NCBI RefSeq assembly: GCF_009914755.1
Contig: NC_060933.1
Direction: 5' to 3' (one strand)
Origin: the human T2T-CHM13v2.0 reference genome, Homo sapiens
DNA: 64,000 nt
Position 1 is the first letter of the stretch. Each line of letters begins with the position of its first letter. The translations under genes were made by a program, and so were the position numbers. The notes beneath the pieces were generated by a model. It saw only the letters and a program-made list of their open reading frames with translations. It was not told where the DNA came from and searched no databases. Shown here piece by piece: positions 14,350-27,466 of this stretch.

Positions 14350-14540
14350 CAAAGCACTTTTGACTTTTCAAGCTTTTCTCCTGAGCTATCTCGTCTGATT
14401 CTCATGCTAGCTCAGTGAGATGAATATTCTTCCCATTTTTCAAAATAGGAACAGAGGCTCAAAATGGTGAAGCGGCTGGCCCAAGAATACTCAACTAGGA
14501 AGTTGTAGGGCTGGGATTCAAACCAAGTCTCCTCTGAAGC
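14350..14540 (-). mobile_element. MIR
   Basis: CCCATTTTTCAAAATAGGAACAGAGGCTC...GGGATTCAAACCAAGTC. Confidence 0.75.
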
Positions 14541-14699
14541 TTGTCTCTCTCTGCTGGGAAATGGGAAAAGCCAAGGCTTTCCCAGCTCTGAGTGTTTCAG
14601 AGGAGGCTTCATTTTCCAACTCTGACAGCTCCAATACTGGGAGTCCTCCTGCAAGTCACTTAACTAGGCCCCTCTTGTTCTCACTCAAAGAACCTTTCA

Positions 14700-14895
14700 T
14701 AGCCCCCAAATCATAATGATATGTTCATGGCTGTGATTATTGTTTATTTTCTGCCTTCTGCATTAGACCATGAGCTTCATGATTGCATTGATTTTTTTTT
14801 TTTTTTTTACCAATATATCTTCAGTACCTAGCAGAGTGCTGGACCCACAGAGGTGTTTAATGAGAACTGATCAGCCAACTGAATGAATGAATAGA
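14700..14895 (+). mobile_element. L2 3' end
   Basis: CATTAGACCATGAGCTTCATG...CAGTACCTAGCAGAGTGCTGG...GAATGAATGAAT. Confidence 0.7.
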
Positions 14896-14919
14896 CAAAT
14901 GACCAAATAAATAGCTCTC

Positions 14920-15090
14920 ATTAGCTGTGTGAGATTGGGAAATATACTTTCTGGTCCCTCATTTCCCCCTTGCAAAATGGCAACTATCATATCTACTTTG
15001 CAGAGTTGTTAGGAGACATAAAGTATATAAAGCACTTTGCTTAGTGCCTGCCACATAATAGGTACTTAATAAACAGGAGCTATTATGATT
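14920..15090 (+). mobile_element. MIR
   Basis: TAGCTGTGTG...GCAAAATGG...GTGCCTGCCACATAATAGGTACTTAATAAA. Confidence 0.8.
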
Positions 15091-15639
15091 ATCATCTAAT
15101 GAATTTACAGTTAAAGGCTGTCCCCCACTCCCTCACACCCATGACACCTCTGCCCACATGAAAATGAGGACTCTTGAAGCACATTTGATGCGATGTGTGC
15201 TGTGTCACTGATATTTTCATATGGACAAGAAAAGTCCATTAGTGCCATCCCCTGAAAATTAGGAGTTGAGCTGGTAAATTGCTTTCTCACCATGCTGCAC
15301 TCACCAATACCACTGTGATGGTCAGTCATGCTCAAACTCCGTTCCTGGTTCCCCAGCACTTACGGCAGACAGGACAGAAAGAACGCAGTCCACCGCCAGG
15401 CTTGATCATCAAGGAAGAAAGCAAAAGCGTTCTTTAAAGCCCAAGTGATCTGATAGGAGCACTGTCCTGGGAGACTGGGAGCCCAAGCTGCAGTCCCCCA
15501 ACTTGCTGATTGCCCTTACGTAAAATGTTCCCCTTTCTGGGCTTGGTTTGTCTATCTGTAAAATGCAGAAGATAACACTCAACTCATTCAACTGTGATGG
15601 TTGCATAAGATACCATTAAAAATAATAATGCCAATCATG

Positions 15640-15850
15640 GCTACCAGTGATGGAGGGTTTATTATGTGTCACAAATTGTGTTAAGTACTTGGCTTCATTA
15701 CCATGTCTTCCCAATAATTCTATTAAAATTAGATTATTATCATCTCTTTATTCAGATGAGAAAATGGAGGCTTAGAGAGACAAATAAGCATCCTGAGATA
15801 ACCAGCATTTAAGTGGCAGAACAAAGATTCCAACCCAGGATCTTAACCAC
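15640..15850 (-). mobile_element. MIR
   Basis: CAGATGAGAAAATGGAGGCTTAGAGAG...GATTCCAACCCAGG. Confidence 0.8.
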
Positions 15851-16269
15851 CAGGCTATCCTGCATCTTGGGCAAGGCAGAATGAGATGAGGTTAGCTCCA
15901 GGGGAGCAGGTGGCCCTGTTGTTCTGTGACATTGGTTCTAACTCTCTGACTAACTCGACAAAATCACACTTGGAACCTTGTGTTTCTCATATGTCAAATT
16001 AGCATGTTGAATTAGGTGATATACAAAGCTTTTTTTTTTTTTCATGTAAACTTCTTAGACTAAGATGTTAGAAGTATGGGGACATGTTTGGACAGAGATG
16101 ACTGATCTGCCTCCCTTAAGGTCCACTTGAAAACAGTGCAATGCAGTACACTGGAGAGAATCAGACAGGCCTGGGTTGGAAGACATGGCTTCTCCCTGGT
16201 GGGTGAGCTGCCGTGTGCCTCAGTTTCTCCATCTGTGAGGTGGAGAAAATATATACAACCTTACTTGTA

Positions 16270-16722
16270 AGGATGAAAGCCAAAGTCCTCATATTGGCCT
16301 TTGAGGTCCTACAACCCACCCACCCCATCTCCCAGAACCCACCTCCTTGGAGGCTTATTCTCACTCACTCTGCTCAGCCCGCATGCCCCTGCCCCAGGGT
16401 CTTTGCACTTACTCTTCTCTCTTCCTGGGCAAACTTCCTCCAGATGGCTCCTTGCTCACTCCCTCATCTCCTCCAGTCCTTTGCTTAAACATCACCTTTT
16501 CTTGTGACCTTACCTGCCAACCCCTCTCCAACCCCTGAAGCTGCTGTATTTTTCTCTGTAACCCTTATTGCCATCTGACATGATACATATCATCTGTCCT
16601 TCTCACTATAATGTTGGCTTCATGAGAGCAGCAATCTTTGTTTTACTGAGTTATCCCCAATACCTGAAACCATTCCTGGTACATAATTAGTGCTTACTAA
16701 ATACTTGAATTAACAAATGAAT
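16270..16722 (+). mobile_element. L2a 3' region
   Basis: GGTCTTTGCACTTACTCTTCTCTCTTCCTGG...CATGAGAGCAG...CCTGGTACATAATTAGTGCTTACTAAATACTTGAAT. Confidence 0.8.
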
Positions 16723-17779
16723 GGGCAATATTATTCATGGAATAAATATTCATTCTATTTATTTTCTCCTTCGTAATAAGTCCTGCTATTAACTGAGCAC
16801 CTATTATAATGCAAGCCCCATGCTAAGCATTCTGCTCACAATATCTACAAGTGATATCATTCTTAATATCGAGAGCTTCAAAATACTAATGTCTCAGGAT
16901 TCAGGGATGTCCTCTCTCTACCTGTCATTTTTTTTTTTTTTTTTTGCATCCCTGGTTCTTCCAAAACCAGTCTCCCATATGTGTTCAAAGAACCAGTGAG
17001 TCTTTTAATTAAAACAGTCTGCTATGATGAATCTGTTATTACACAGCTTTACCTATGTAAAACATTAATAATACAAATTTCATTTGTTTATGTCAGTGCC
17101 AAGCATTAATTTTTAATAGCAAAATGTATGAGTTATGAAAGGCATTAATGCAAACCAAATCACCAGCTGAGGATGAAAAGGAAATCTATTTTTTAGGGTA
17201 AGCAGTGGTGATGAAATATTATTGTGGTTTCCAAGCAAAGGGGAAAAAAACATTTCTTCACCCTTCAGCAGCAATTAAAAAAAAAAGATGCAAATGAAGA
17301 AAGAACTTTATCATCACCTTAATATCACTGCTAAATTGGAGCAGAGAGCTGTCCCTTTAATCCTGCTGAATCTCTGGTGGCAATTTCAAAGCAAGAAGTT
17401 TATGCAAAATTGTCCTAATTACCCACCCCAGTCACATTAATACTTCTAGGATAAAATATTAATAAAAATTTATTACATTTCTACAGCGTGATAGAGTTTA
17501 CAAAGCACTTTCATCGTTGTCTCAACTAATTCATGCAATTCAAGGGAGGAGAATTTCTTCCCATTTTACAGATGAGCTCACTGAAGCACCAGAAGGTTAG
17601 TGACAGGACTGGGACTGCAGTTAGGTATTTAGTGAATAAAGGAAGGAAAGTGAGAAGTCAAAAAGGCAAGGAAGGAGAAAGGGAGGAAGGAAGGGAGAAA
17701 GGAAGGCTGGCCAGCAGCCAAGGGGGGTTTAGGGAGGGAAAGAGCGGGAGGAAAATGGAGACGGGAAGCCCAATGTTCA

Positions 17780-18297
17780 GGTCATTCTCCCTCTGCCTCC
17801 TGTCCCTTTCTCCAGATCCATTTTCAGCCCTTCTCTGTGCTCCTCTATAGCCCAGGAAGCTCACAGCTGAGGATGATATCACCAGCCTTCCTCCTCTGGC
17901 CAATGGGAGGCCCAGCAGGAGGTCAGCAAGTGGGAAGAGAGAGGAGCATGGGCATTTCTGCTGCCCACGCTGCAGTCCTGCCCAGCACCACTTCACTGGC
18001 GATGGCCTCACCCTTCACAATCCCAGCTCCCACCCGGAGCTGGGTGGCCCAGTCTCCATGATTCCCTCTCATAGAGCCCCCACAAGAACCCTTTGTCCTC
18101 TCCTTGTTCCTTCAGCCCTAGAGATGGTAAAACAATGTCCCACTGATGCTGTACTCTCGTGCTTCCACCTCCCTTGTTTACTCTATTATCCCTGCTCACC
18201 GCATTGTAAGTGGTCCTTTAGTTAAATACTCTTTAGCTAGACCATCCAGAATTCATTAAAGGGACTTCTTTTTCCTGTCTAGAACCTGACTTAGACA
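17780..18297 (+). mobile_element. LTR33-like ERVL solo LTR
   Basis: CCAGATCCATTTTCAGCCCTTCTCTG...GGCCAATGGGAGGCCCAGCAGGAG...CCTTCAGCCCTAGAGATGGTAA...CTGACTTAGACA. Confidence 0.7.
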
Positions 18298-19195
18298 CCA
18301 GTTCTGCAAACCCACTATGATAGATGGAATTGAATTACCAATATAGAAGTTGATCAAAAACAGAGATCAGCTATCATTTCCCTGGAGCTTCCCTGCTACT
18401 AAAGAGCATCTCCCAGCCAGTTAACTCAAAACCCGTATTTGAACTTATGGCCTCTGCTTTCAGTTCCTGTCACATTCTTATGGTTTACCTGGAACAATTG
18501 GAGGCATGTGCTGCCCTTATTGAGAAGGTGATAACAATGTCAGTGTTCAATAAGGGCTTTTCAGACAAAAAGGATGGCAACTGTATTAATGTTTGGACAC
18601 TGTATATTAAATGGCTCAAATATTTCATAAATATATATATGTATCTTACTGTACAACATTTCTATGTTTACGTATCTACCTGTTAAATAGGTATTGTTAT
18701 CCTAATTTGTAGATGAGAAAATTGAAGCTAAGAGGCTGTGACATGCTTGTTTTCCTAAGGTCATGCAGTTTTTATCATTATTAACAAAATTTGCCTCCCA
18801 TGGAATGCTGACTCCTGAGCAATGTGCTGACCAATATATATCATCTCATTTAATCCTCAACAGCCCTATAGCATATTCAAACTTCATATTTCCATTTCAC
18901 AGATGAGGAGACTGGGCCTTAGTTCAAGGGGGAATGAGTCCACTTGAGCACAGGCTCAAGTGGCTCCAAAGCACAGCCCCTTTCTGTGTTGCCACAGTAA
19001 TTCCTACTGGACAAGGCCACTGTATTGTCCCTCTTTTTGTTATGCATAGCCTCTGCCATGAAATAGGCAGCACTAATTCATTCTCAGACACTCTCTGATG
19101 CTGCAGCATGTTGGATCAAACCATTTGCAAGAATCACCTGGAAGACCATGCCTTTCCCACTCGCTTGCCACATCCCTTCTGTTATGCTCATTTCC

Positions 19196-19492
<297 letters not shown>

Positions 19493-20478
19493 TAATCTCA
19501 CTGAAGACTGAAGTAAAAAGGTAAAATCCTGAAATGATCAAAATAATTATTCCTGTGAAGAATTAATCCTGTGTCCCTCTGAACCTGATAGATTTTTAAT
19601 TTTAAAAGTAATACACTATCAATTGGTACAGGAGCGAAAGAAGTGAAAAGTGAACACGTCCCCTCTTTCCATCTGCCTCCCAAACCCCTTTCTCAGAGAT
19701 AAACACTCCATATTATTTATGTCTTAACCCCTAACAGAATTTTTAATATATTTTATATAAATGGGATAAGGCTAGATAAACTGTTCTGCAGCTTGCTTTT
19801 TTTCCTCCAACAGTATATCTTAGACGTCCTTCTATGCCAATGCATACTCTGCATTCAGTCATTCCTCAAATATTTGTTGAGCACCGCACTGTGCCAGGAG
19901 TTATATGAGGTGCCACTTTCATCACCTTCATTCTGATGTGTACTGAGGGCACATCATGTGCCAGGAACACAGAGCCTTCTACACAGACCTTCTCTTATTG
20001 TTAGAACAGCCTATGGCATAGGTACCATTAACAACTCTATTTTCAGAATAAGAAATAGAGATGTAAAGAAGTTCAGCAACTTGCACAAAATCACCCTGTT
20101 TAGGTCTTGGTGGGCCTGGGATTTGAACCCAGGTAGTCTGACTCCAGAGTCAAGGTTCTTATGCAAACCCACAATGCCTCATGCATCTTGTCTTCATGAG
20201 TTCACAGTCTGGGAGGTATGAGCAGGGGGAACATACAACAAATGCATATGGTAAGTACTAGGTAAAGAAAACTAACAGGGCTTATAATATTCTATGATAC
20301 ATTGTATCATACTTTAACCATTTCCTGGTTGATGGAAATTTGGATCACTTCTAGTGTTTCATGATTACAAACAGCAAACGTTCTGGTCCAACTGGAATGG
20401 GGCAACAATATCTGTAAGATAAATTCCTAAAAGTGGAATTACAGAGGCAAACTGCATTTGCATTTGTTATTTTGATGG

Positions 20479-21224
<746 letters not shown>

Positions 21225-21481
21225 ATAGATATTCCAAATTGCCAAAGTGATGTCAATATGAGTTTCTACGCACAGCGTATGTGACTGCCCATTTCCACAT
21301 ACTCAACAGGACTGCTTGTTAGGAACCACCTTAATCTTCAGTGAAAACTGGAATTCTCTTTCTGTTGTTATTTTCATTGGTTTTCCTTCTGTTAATAAAT
21401 GCATACTTCTATACATTTATTAACTGTGGTCACTCCTTGATTTTGACTCACTATCTTAGAAGAGAGGGTGATTTAATGAAA

Positions 21482-21522
21482 AGAACTTGAGATCAGAATT
21501 TGAGATCAGAATTTGAGATCAG
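21482..21522. repeat. 13-bp tandem repeat x3
   Basis: AGAACTTGAGATC AGAATTTGAGATC AGAATTTGAGATC AG. Confidence 0.9.
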
Positions 21523-22423
21523 GGGTTTAATCCCAGCACCAAGACTTACCAGCTGGGTGGGCAGAGCTGGGTGATCATGAGTACGTAGCATTGGGATCCT
21601 GGAACGGAAAGAGATTAGGGTCTGGGACCACCATGGGGAGGCACTAAGAGGAGCTTCTGAGGGCTCTGGCACTAAACTGCCTGAAGAAGGTCAGCTGCAG
21701 GATTTAGCCTTGCCACACAGGGAACTTCCAAAGCCTAGAGGATGTGATTGGGATTGAGTTACTCAACAGTGGTACCTCAGGTACTACTCGGGTTACCTGA
21801 GTCCACTCTGAGCTTACAACCCACAAACCAGGTCACTAATAACCAACTGAAGTGAAGAAAACTTGATTTTTGTGGACAATCACTTGAGAAAACATGTTCT
21901 TCCCTCTTTTGTCCTCCCACCCCACAATGCCAGAGAGGACCATGCAGAGAAGAGGGTGTAGGTTTACGCAAGAGGGTAGAACTCTTCTCCCAAGCCCCAC
22001 TCTGCCACTGACATCAACCCTAGACTTAGCGGAGTGGTAAAGGGACCTTTGAATCTAATATGAGATTGGAGTTTTAGAAATAAACAGACTCGACTCCTAA
22101 TAACCAAAATAAGACTGTTTTAATAACCCAAAGTAACTGACAGTCCCAGAATGAGCCTGAGCTATGGTTAAGAGAACCCTCCACTCAGCAAGAAAGGCAG
22201 TGCAGCAGGCACAGCTGGTAGCAGGTATGAGAGGAAAAGAAATTAAGGATTTCATGTTTACATCCCAACCAGTTAAGACTCTTCATTATTAGTAAGTAAT
22301 GAGAGGATTGACTCAGCTGATCTTTTCTATGTCTCAAATTCTGAGATTAAATGATTTATTCATTCATTCAACACACATTTGAGAAACACTTAAGGACAGA
22401 GAGCTGTACTAAACTGTGAGGCT

Positions 22424-22755
<332 letters not shown>

Positions 22756-22860
22756 TCATCTCTGTCCTCTATGAACCTCCCACTTATGGGGAAGACAGGG
22801 GTGCAAGGGAAGCACTTGCCATTCTGAGTCATAAGTGCCACATAGGAGTGCGTGCAGGAC

Positions 22861-22947
22861 TTCCTCAGCATCACACAGCATTCCCATGTGACAAATCTGC
22901 ACATGTAGCCTCTGTCTCTAAAATAAAAGTTGAAATTAGAAAAAGAA
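22861..22947 (+). mobile_element. Short 5'-truncated L1 3' end
   Basis: CCCATGTGACAAATCTGCACATGTAGCCTCTG...CTAAAATAAAAGTTGAAA. Confidence 0.7.
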
Positions 22948-23162
22948 ATGTGTACAGGATCCAGTAAAAGGAAAGGAAAAGAGGAGGTGAGGAGATGTCC
23001 CAAGAAAGGGGAAGTTAGTCTTGTATGATGAAGAGGACTTTGCTGGGAAAGAAATGAGCAGAGATTATTCCAGGCAGAGAATAGAGAGCTTGGTGCTTTG
23101 AGAGACTGCAAAGAGTTCAAGATGGCTAGATCAGGTGCAAGCAGCTGGGGGAAGTTTAGGAG

Positions 23163-23710
23163 AACAATGGTTAATATTGAGTGTCAACTTCATTGAAGTA
23201 TGCAAAGTATTGTTCCTGGTTATGTCTGTGAGGGTGTTGCCAAAGGATATGAACATTCTAGGCAGTGAACTGGGAGACACAGACCAACCCTCAATCTGGA
23301 TGGGCACCATCCAATCATCTGCCAGTGCAGCTAGGAGAAAAAAGCAGGCAGAGGAATGTGGAAGGACTTAGGCTTGCTGAGTCTTCTGGCCTCCATCTTT
23401 CTGCCATGCTGGATGCTTCCTGCCCTCAAACATCAGACTCCAGGTTCTTCAGCTTTTGGACTCTTGGACCTACACCAGTGGTTTGCCAGGGGATCTCAGG
23501 CCTTTGACCACAAACTGAAGGCTGTACTGTCAGCTTCCCTACTTTTGAGGTTTTGGGACTCACACTGGCTTCCTTGCTCCTCAGCTCCCAGGTGGCCTAT
23601 TGTGGGACTTCACCTTGGGATCGTGTGAGTCAATATTCCTTAATAAACTCCCCTTCATATATACATCTATCCTATTAGTCCTGTCCCTCTAAAGAACCCT
23701 GACTAATACA
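23163..23710 (+). mobile_element. MLT2A (A2-like) HERVL solo LTR inserted in L2
   Basis: ATGGTTAATATTGAGTGTCAACTT...GAACCCTGACTAATACA; perfect TSD AGGAG. Confidence 0.92.
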
Positions 23711-24749
23711 AGGAGGAAGATAAGCACTCAGAGAGCAAGGTGGGAAACAGGACAAGGAGCTTTGGCTTTGACCCCAAGGTAATAGGGAGTCACGGGAAGG
23801 CTTGGGGAAGGGGAGGCCATTCTCAGAATTGTGTTTTAGGCAGATGACTCTGGGTCCAGTCTGGAGAATGGTTGTTAGGACTGGGGAAAGAAAGGAGGCA
23901 CAACCAATCTCTGCTTCCAACATTTTCTGGGTCTCTGAGTGCCCGAGAGAGGTGAGGCTGAGAATGCATTCCTGTCTACTTTTACTCCGTCTCCACAAGC
24001 TTAAGTAATAACACAATGATTTCCTCCCCTTTGGCAGAGGTACTATCCCAGCAAGGTGGGGTCCTGAATAGAAGTGACAGTGGAGGGTGGTGAGGACAGA
24101 GGCACGTGAGTTTCATAGCTGGGACTTCTGTCCTATTGAATTTCTCCCAGAACATAACACACAGCAGTGCTGATTAGGCCCTTACACACCACACAGGCCC
24201 TAGATTGGCTAAGCAGCCATGCTGGAGTCTTCCATGAGGAATCACACCCTGCAGGACACAGAAGAGGTCAGTGCTAACCTTGGAGCTCACGACAAAACCC
24301 TCAGAGAAAAGGGAAAAGCATCACCCCTTTGTGAACATCTTGCAAATCAGTATCATCAATTACAACTCTAAATATCCCCAACAATCTTGCAAGATGGAAA
24401 ACATTATCCCTATTCTACTTGTTAATATACCAAGATTCTGAGAGTTTGGCTGGCATGCCCAAATCATCTCACAGGAACAGAGACATTTGCCCAGTTTGCA
24501 ACCCAGGCTGGTTTTATCCCAAAGCCAGCTGCCTCCACTCACCACCTTGAAGACCACTTGAGGGATAGAGATGAAGCTGCCACAGGCTGTGGCTTTCACT
24601 GAGCATTAGCCAAGATGGCAAAAGAAGAAGCTGCAGTTGTCCAGATTCCATTATCTGAAGCATCTCAGCACCATGCCAAGCCTTAACATCCACTGGGCTA
24701 AGCAGGCACCCCAGGCACTGCACATATTCATTCGACACTTACTTACAGA

Positions 24750-25000
24750 GAGGCAGGAGAATGCAGCAGTTAGGAGTGCTGCCCATGAAGCCAGATGGCC
24801 TGGGTTTGAATCTTGGCTCTGTTACTTCCTAGTTGTGTTTCCTTGTGTTTACTTAACCTCCTTTGTGAAATGGAAATAAGAATGACATTATTTCAAAGGT
24901 TGCCACGGGGCGGATATTAAATGAGTTCATATATGTAAAGAACTTGAAGGAGCACCTGGCCCATGCTGAGTGCCCAGTAAGCATTGGCTGCCATGACTTA
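24750..25000 (+). mobile_element. MIR
   Basis: AGCCAGATGGCCTGGGTTTGAATCTTGGCTCTG...ATTAAATGAGTTCATATATGTAAAG. Confidence 0.85.
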
Positions 25001-25059
25001 CGGCGTGCCTGCTGGGCGCATTGTGCCAGGTGCCGAGAGGACACAGAAGTGAGTGGGAC

Positions 25060-25400
25060 AATCACAGTGAGGTCTGAGGCAAGAAAGACCGTGGCATGTT
25101 CTAGAGCCTAAAGGGCAAGGCAGCAGATGGGGGCTGGAGTTCCATGATGCGTAGAGAAAGTGGCATGAAGTGCATTGGGGTAGGGGCCGGGACGCAGGCC
25201 AGGTTGGGCCTGGTGGACCTCAGAAGGTGTTTGGAATTTATTCCAAGTATAACGGAAAGGCAGTGAAGAGTTTTAACAGGGAGTGATCTGACTTAAGCTG
25301 TAAACTAAGTACTCTGCATGGGGAGAGGAGAAGCAATTGTAGGGGGAGACACAGGTGGAAGAAGAAACACCAGTCAGGCAAGGTACAGCAGAAGCCACAT
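25060..25400 (-). mobile_element. L2 fragment
   Basis: TTTGGAATTTATTCCAAGT...GAAGAGTTTTAACAGGGAGTGA. Confidence 0.65.
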
Positions 25401-25622
25401 GAGGGAAGACAGGGACCAGGAAGCAGCACTGCCCATTCCCCAGGTCCCTGGGCACCTCAGAGGTACTTGATTAGCAGCTTCTTACTTCACCTTCTATGAA
25501 CCATGCTCGCCACCCAAGGCCAAGACATCTCCCACCCGCCTCCCACCCACCAGGGTGCCACGTGCTGGGTGCCGGCACCCTCAAACAGGTAAAGCAAAAC
25601 ACAAAACCAATCTTACTCATAC

Positions 25623-25717
25623 CTGAGCAATGGACTGAACCTTTTTAGACAGAATAAAAGAAGACAGCTGTTTGTTCAGCAAACTCTATACTCAAAACGC
25701 TGCTGGATTCAACCGAG
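25623..25717 (-). other. Candidate 95-nt non-coding spliced exon
   Basis: Minus strand: branch-like TTTAC, acceptor GGTTTTTCCTACAG|CTCG, donor CAG|GTATGAG; stops in all three frames. Confidence 0.4.
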
Positions 25718-25955
25718 CTGTAGGAAAAACCAGTAAATGCAACCACTCTGTAATAATGTTTAATGTCCACCTGCCCATATTAGAGATGAGCAAGTCCAAG
25801 CTCAGACGGGCCGCAAGCTGCTAAACATGAAGATTATACCTAAAATCTAGATCTTCTAACTGCAGGTCCACACGTGGATTACAGGCAGTAGCTTCCAGTC
25901 AATTCCAACTCACACTGTAAAGACAGCATTCCTTGGTTTTTGTGTACAGAGCCAC

Positions 25956-26343
25956 TGTATTAGTCTGTTTTCACACTGCTATAAATAACTACCTGAAACC
26001 GGGTAACTTATGAAGAAAAGAGGTTTAATTGACTCACAGTTTCACAGACTTAACAGGAAGCAAGACTGGGAAGCCTCCAGAAACTTACAACCATGGCGGA
26101 AGGCAAAGGGGAAGCAAGCATGCCTTACTATGGCAGAGCAGGAGAGAGAGAGAGAGCACAGGGGGAAGTGCTACACCCTTTCAAACAGCCAGATCTCATG
26201 AGAACTCACTCACTATCATGAAGACAGCAAGGGGGAAGTCTGCCCTCATGATTCAATTACCTCCCACCCAGCCCCTCCCTCAACACATAGGGATTACAAT
26301 TCCACATGAGATTTGGGTGAGGACACAGAGCCAAACCATGCTA
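25956..26343 (-). mobile_element. THE1D/MSTA MaLR solo LTR
   Basis: TGTATTAGTCTGTTTTCACACTGCTATAAA...GAGCCAAACCATGCTA; perfect TSD GCCAC. Confidence 0.92.
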
Positions 26344-26938
26344 GCCACCAATGTGGATTCTCCAGTGACAGCCCAAAGGAGGAAGCAGGCTTCATCCTCC
26401 AAACTGTGTTTAACATCCCCCACCTCACTTCACATGTAGCCTCAGCACAAAACCCTCCATTGGGGAAGGAATGGGTAACATTTTCTGCAACAAAGCCATT
26501 TTATTGTTTGCTAGTATGGAGATAGACAGAGAGAGATAGAGAGAGAGAGAGTGAAATCTGGAAACTATTGAATGTGGTCTTATCCTTAGGGCTTAATCAG
26601 TGGAATAATAACTCATAGAGAGCTTACAGGATTCCAGGAGTCTGTATGTGCCTCCATAACATCTTCAAGCTATGCCCCCAACTCTGTTCTTGGGTATGAG
26701 GCCATGGTCCTACCAGCTCCGAGAACTCCATGTGGCCACCTCCCTCGCTTTGCACATACTCAATTTTTGCACCACTCTTTTCCCTTGGTCTTTTTAAGCT
26801 CCTTTCCTCAATGCCCCCTCCCAACCCCAAATAATTTCTGCTTCATCTTTGTGACTACGAAGTGTCACTTAATTTTCAAACACATCTGGTTCTTTTGCAG
26901 GATATGGTATCTGGATCACGAGAGCAGAAGAGAAACGG

Positions 26939-27466
26939 TGTATTTGTTTTCTAGGGCTGCCATAACAGATTACCACAAACTGGGTGACTTAAAACAATAG
27001 AAATGTATTCTGTCACAACTCAGAAGCCTAGATGTCTGAAATCAAAATGTCAGCAGGGCTATGCACCCTCTGAAGGTTCTAGGGAAGCATCCTCCCTTGC
27101 CTCTCCCTAGCTTCCGGTGGCTCCTGGCAATCCTTGGTGTTTCTTGGCTTATAGCTACATCACTCCCATCTCTGCCTTGGTCTTCACATAACATCTTCCC
27201 TCTGTGAGTGTGTGTGTGTGTGTGTGTGTATGTGTGCCTGTGTGTGTCTGTGTGTGTGTGTCTGTGTGTGCGTTTGTATGTCCCCTCTCCTCTACTTATA
27301 AGGAAACCAGTCATTAGATTTAGTGTCCACCCTAATCTAATATAAACCTATCTTAAGTTTATACTACATCTAACTAATTACATCTGCAAATACTTTCTAA
27401 ATAAAATCACATTCTAAAGTTCCAGGTAGATATGTATTTTGAGGGACACATATTTAACATAGTACA
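26939..27466 (-). mobile_element. MLT1B/C solo LTR with internal (TG)n
   Basis: AGGGCTGCCATAACAGATTACCACAAACTGGGTGACTTAAAACAA...TAATTACATCTGCAAA. Confidence 0.88.

Noticed and set aside
21482-21522. Short direct repeats as a possible CRISPR-like array
   Set aside because: Head-to-tail 13-mers without spacers in primate DNA; ordinary slippage.
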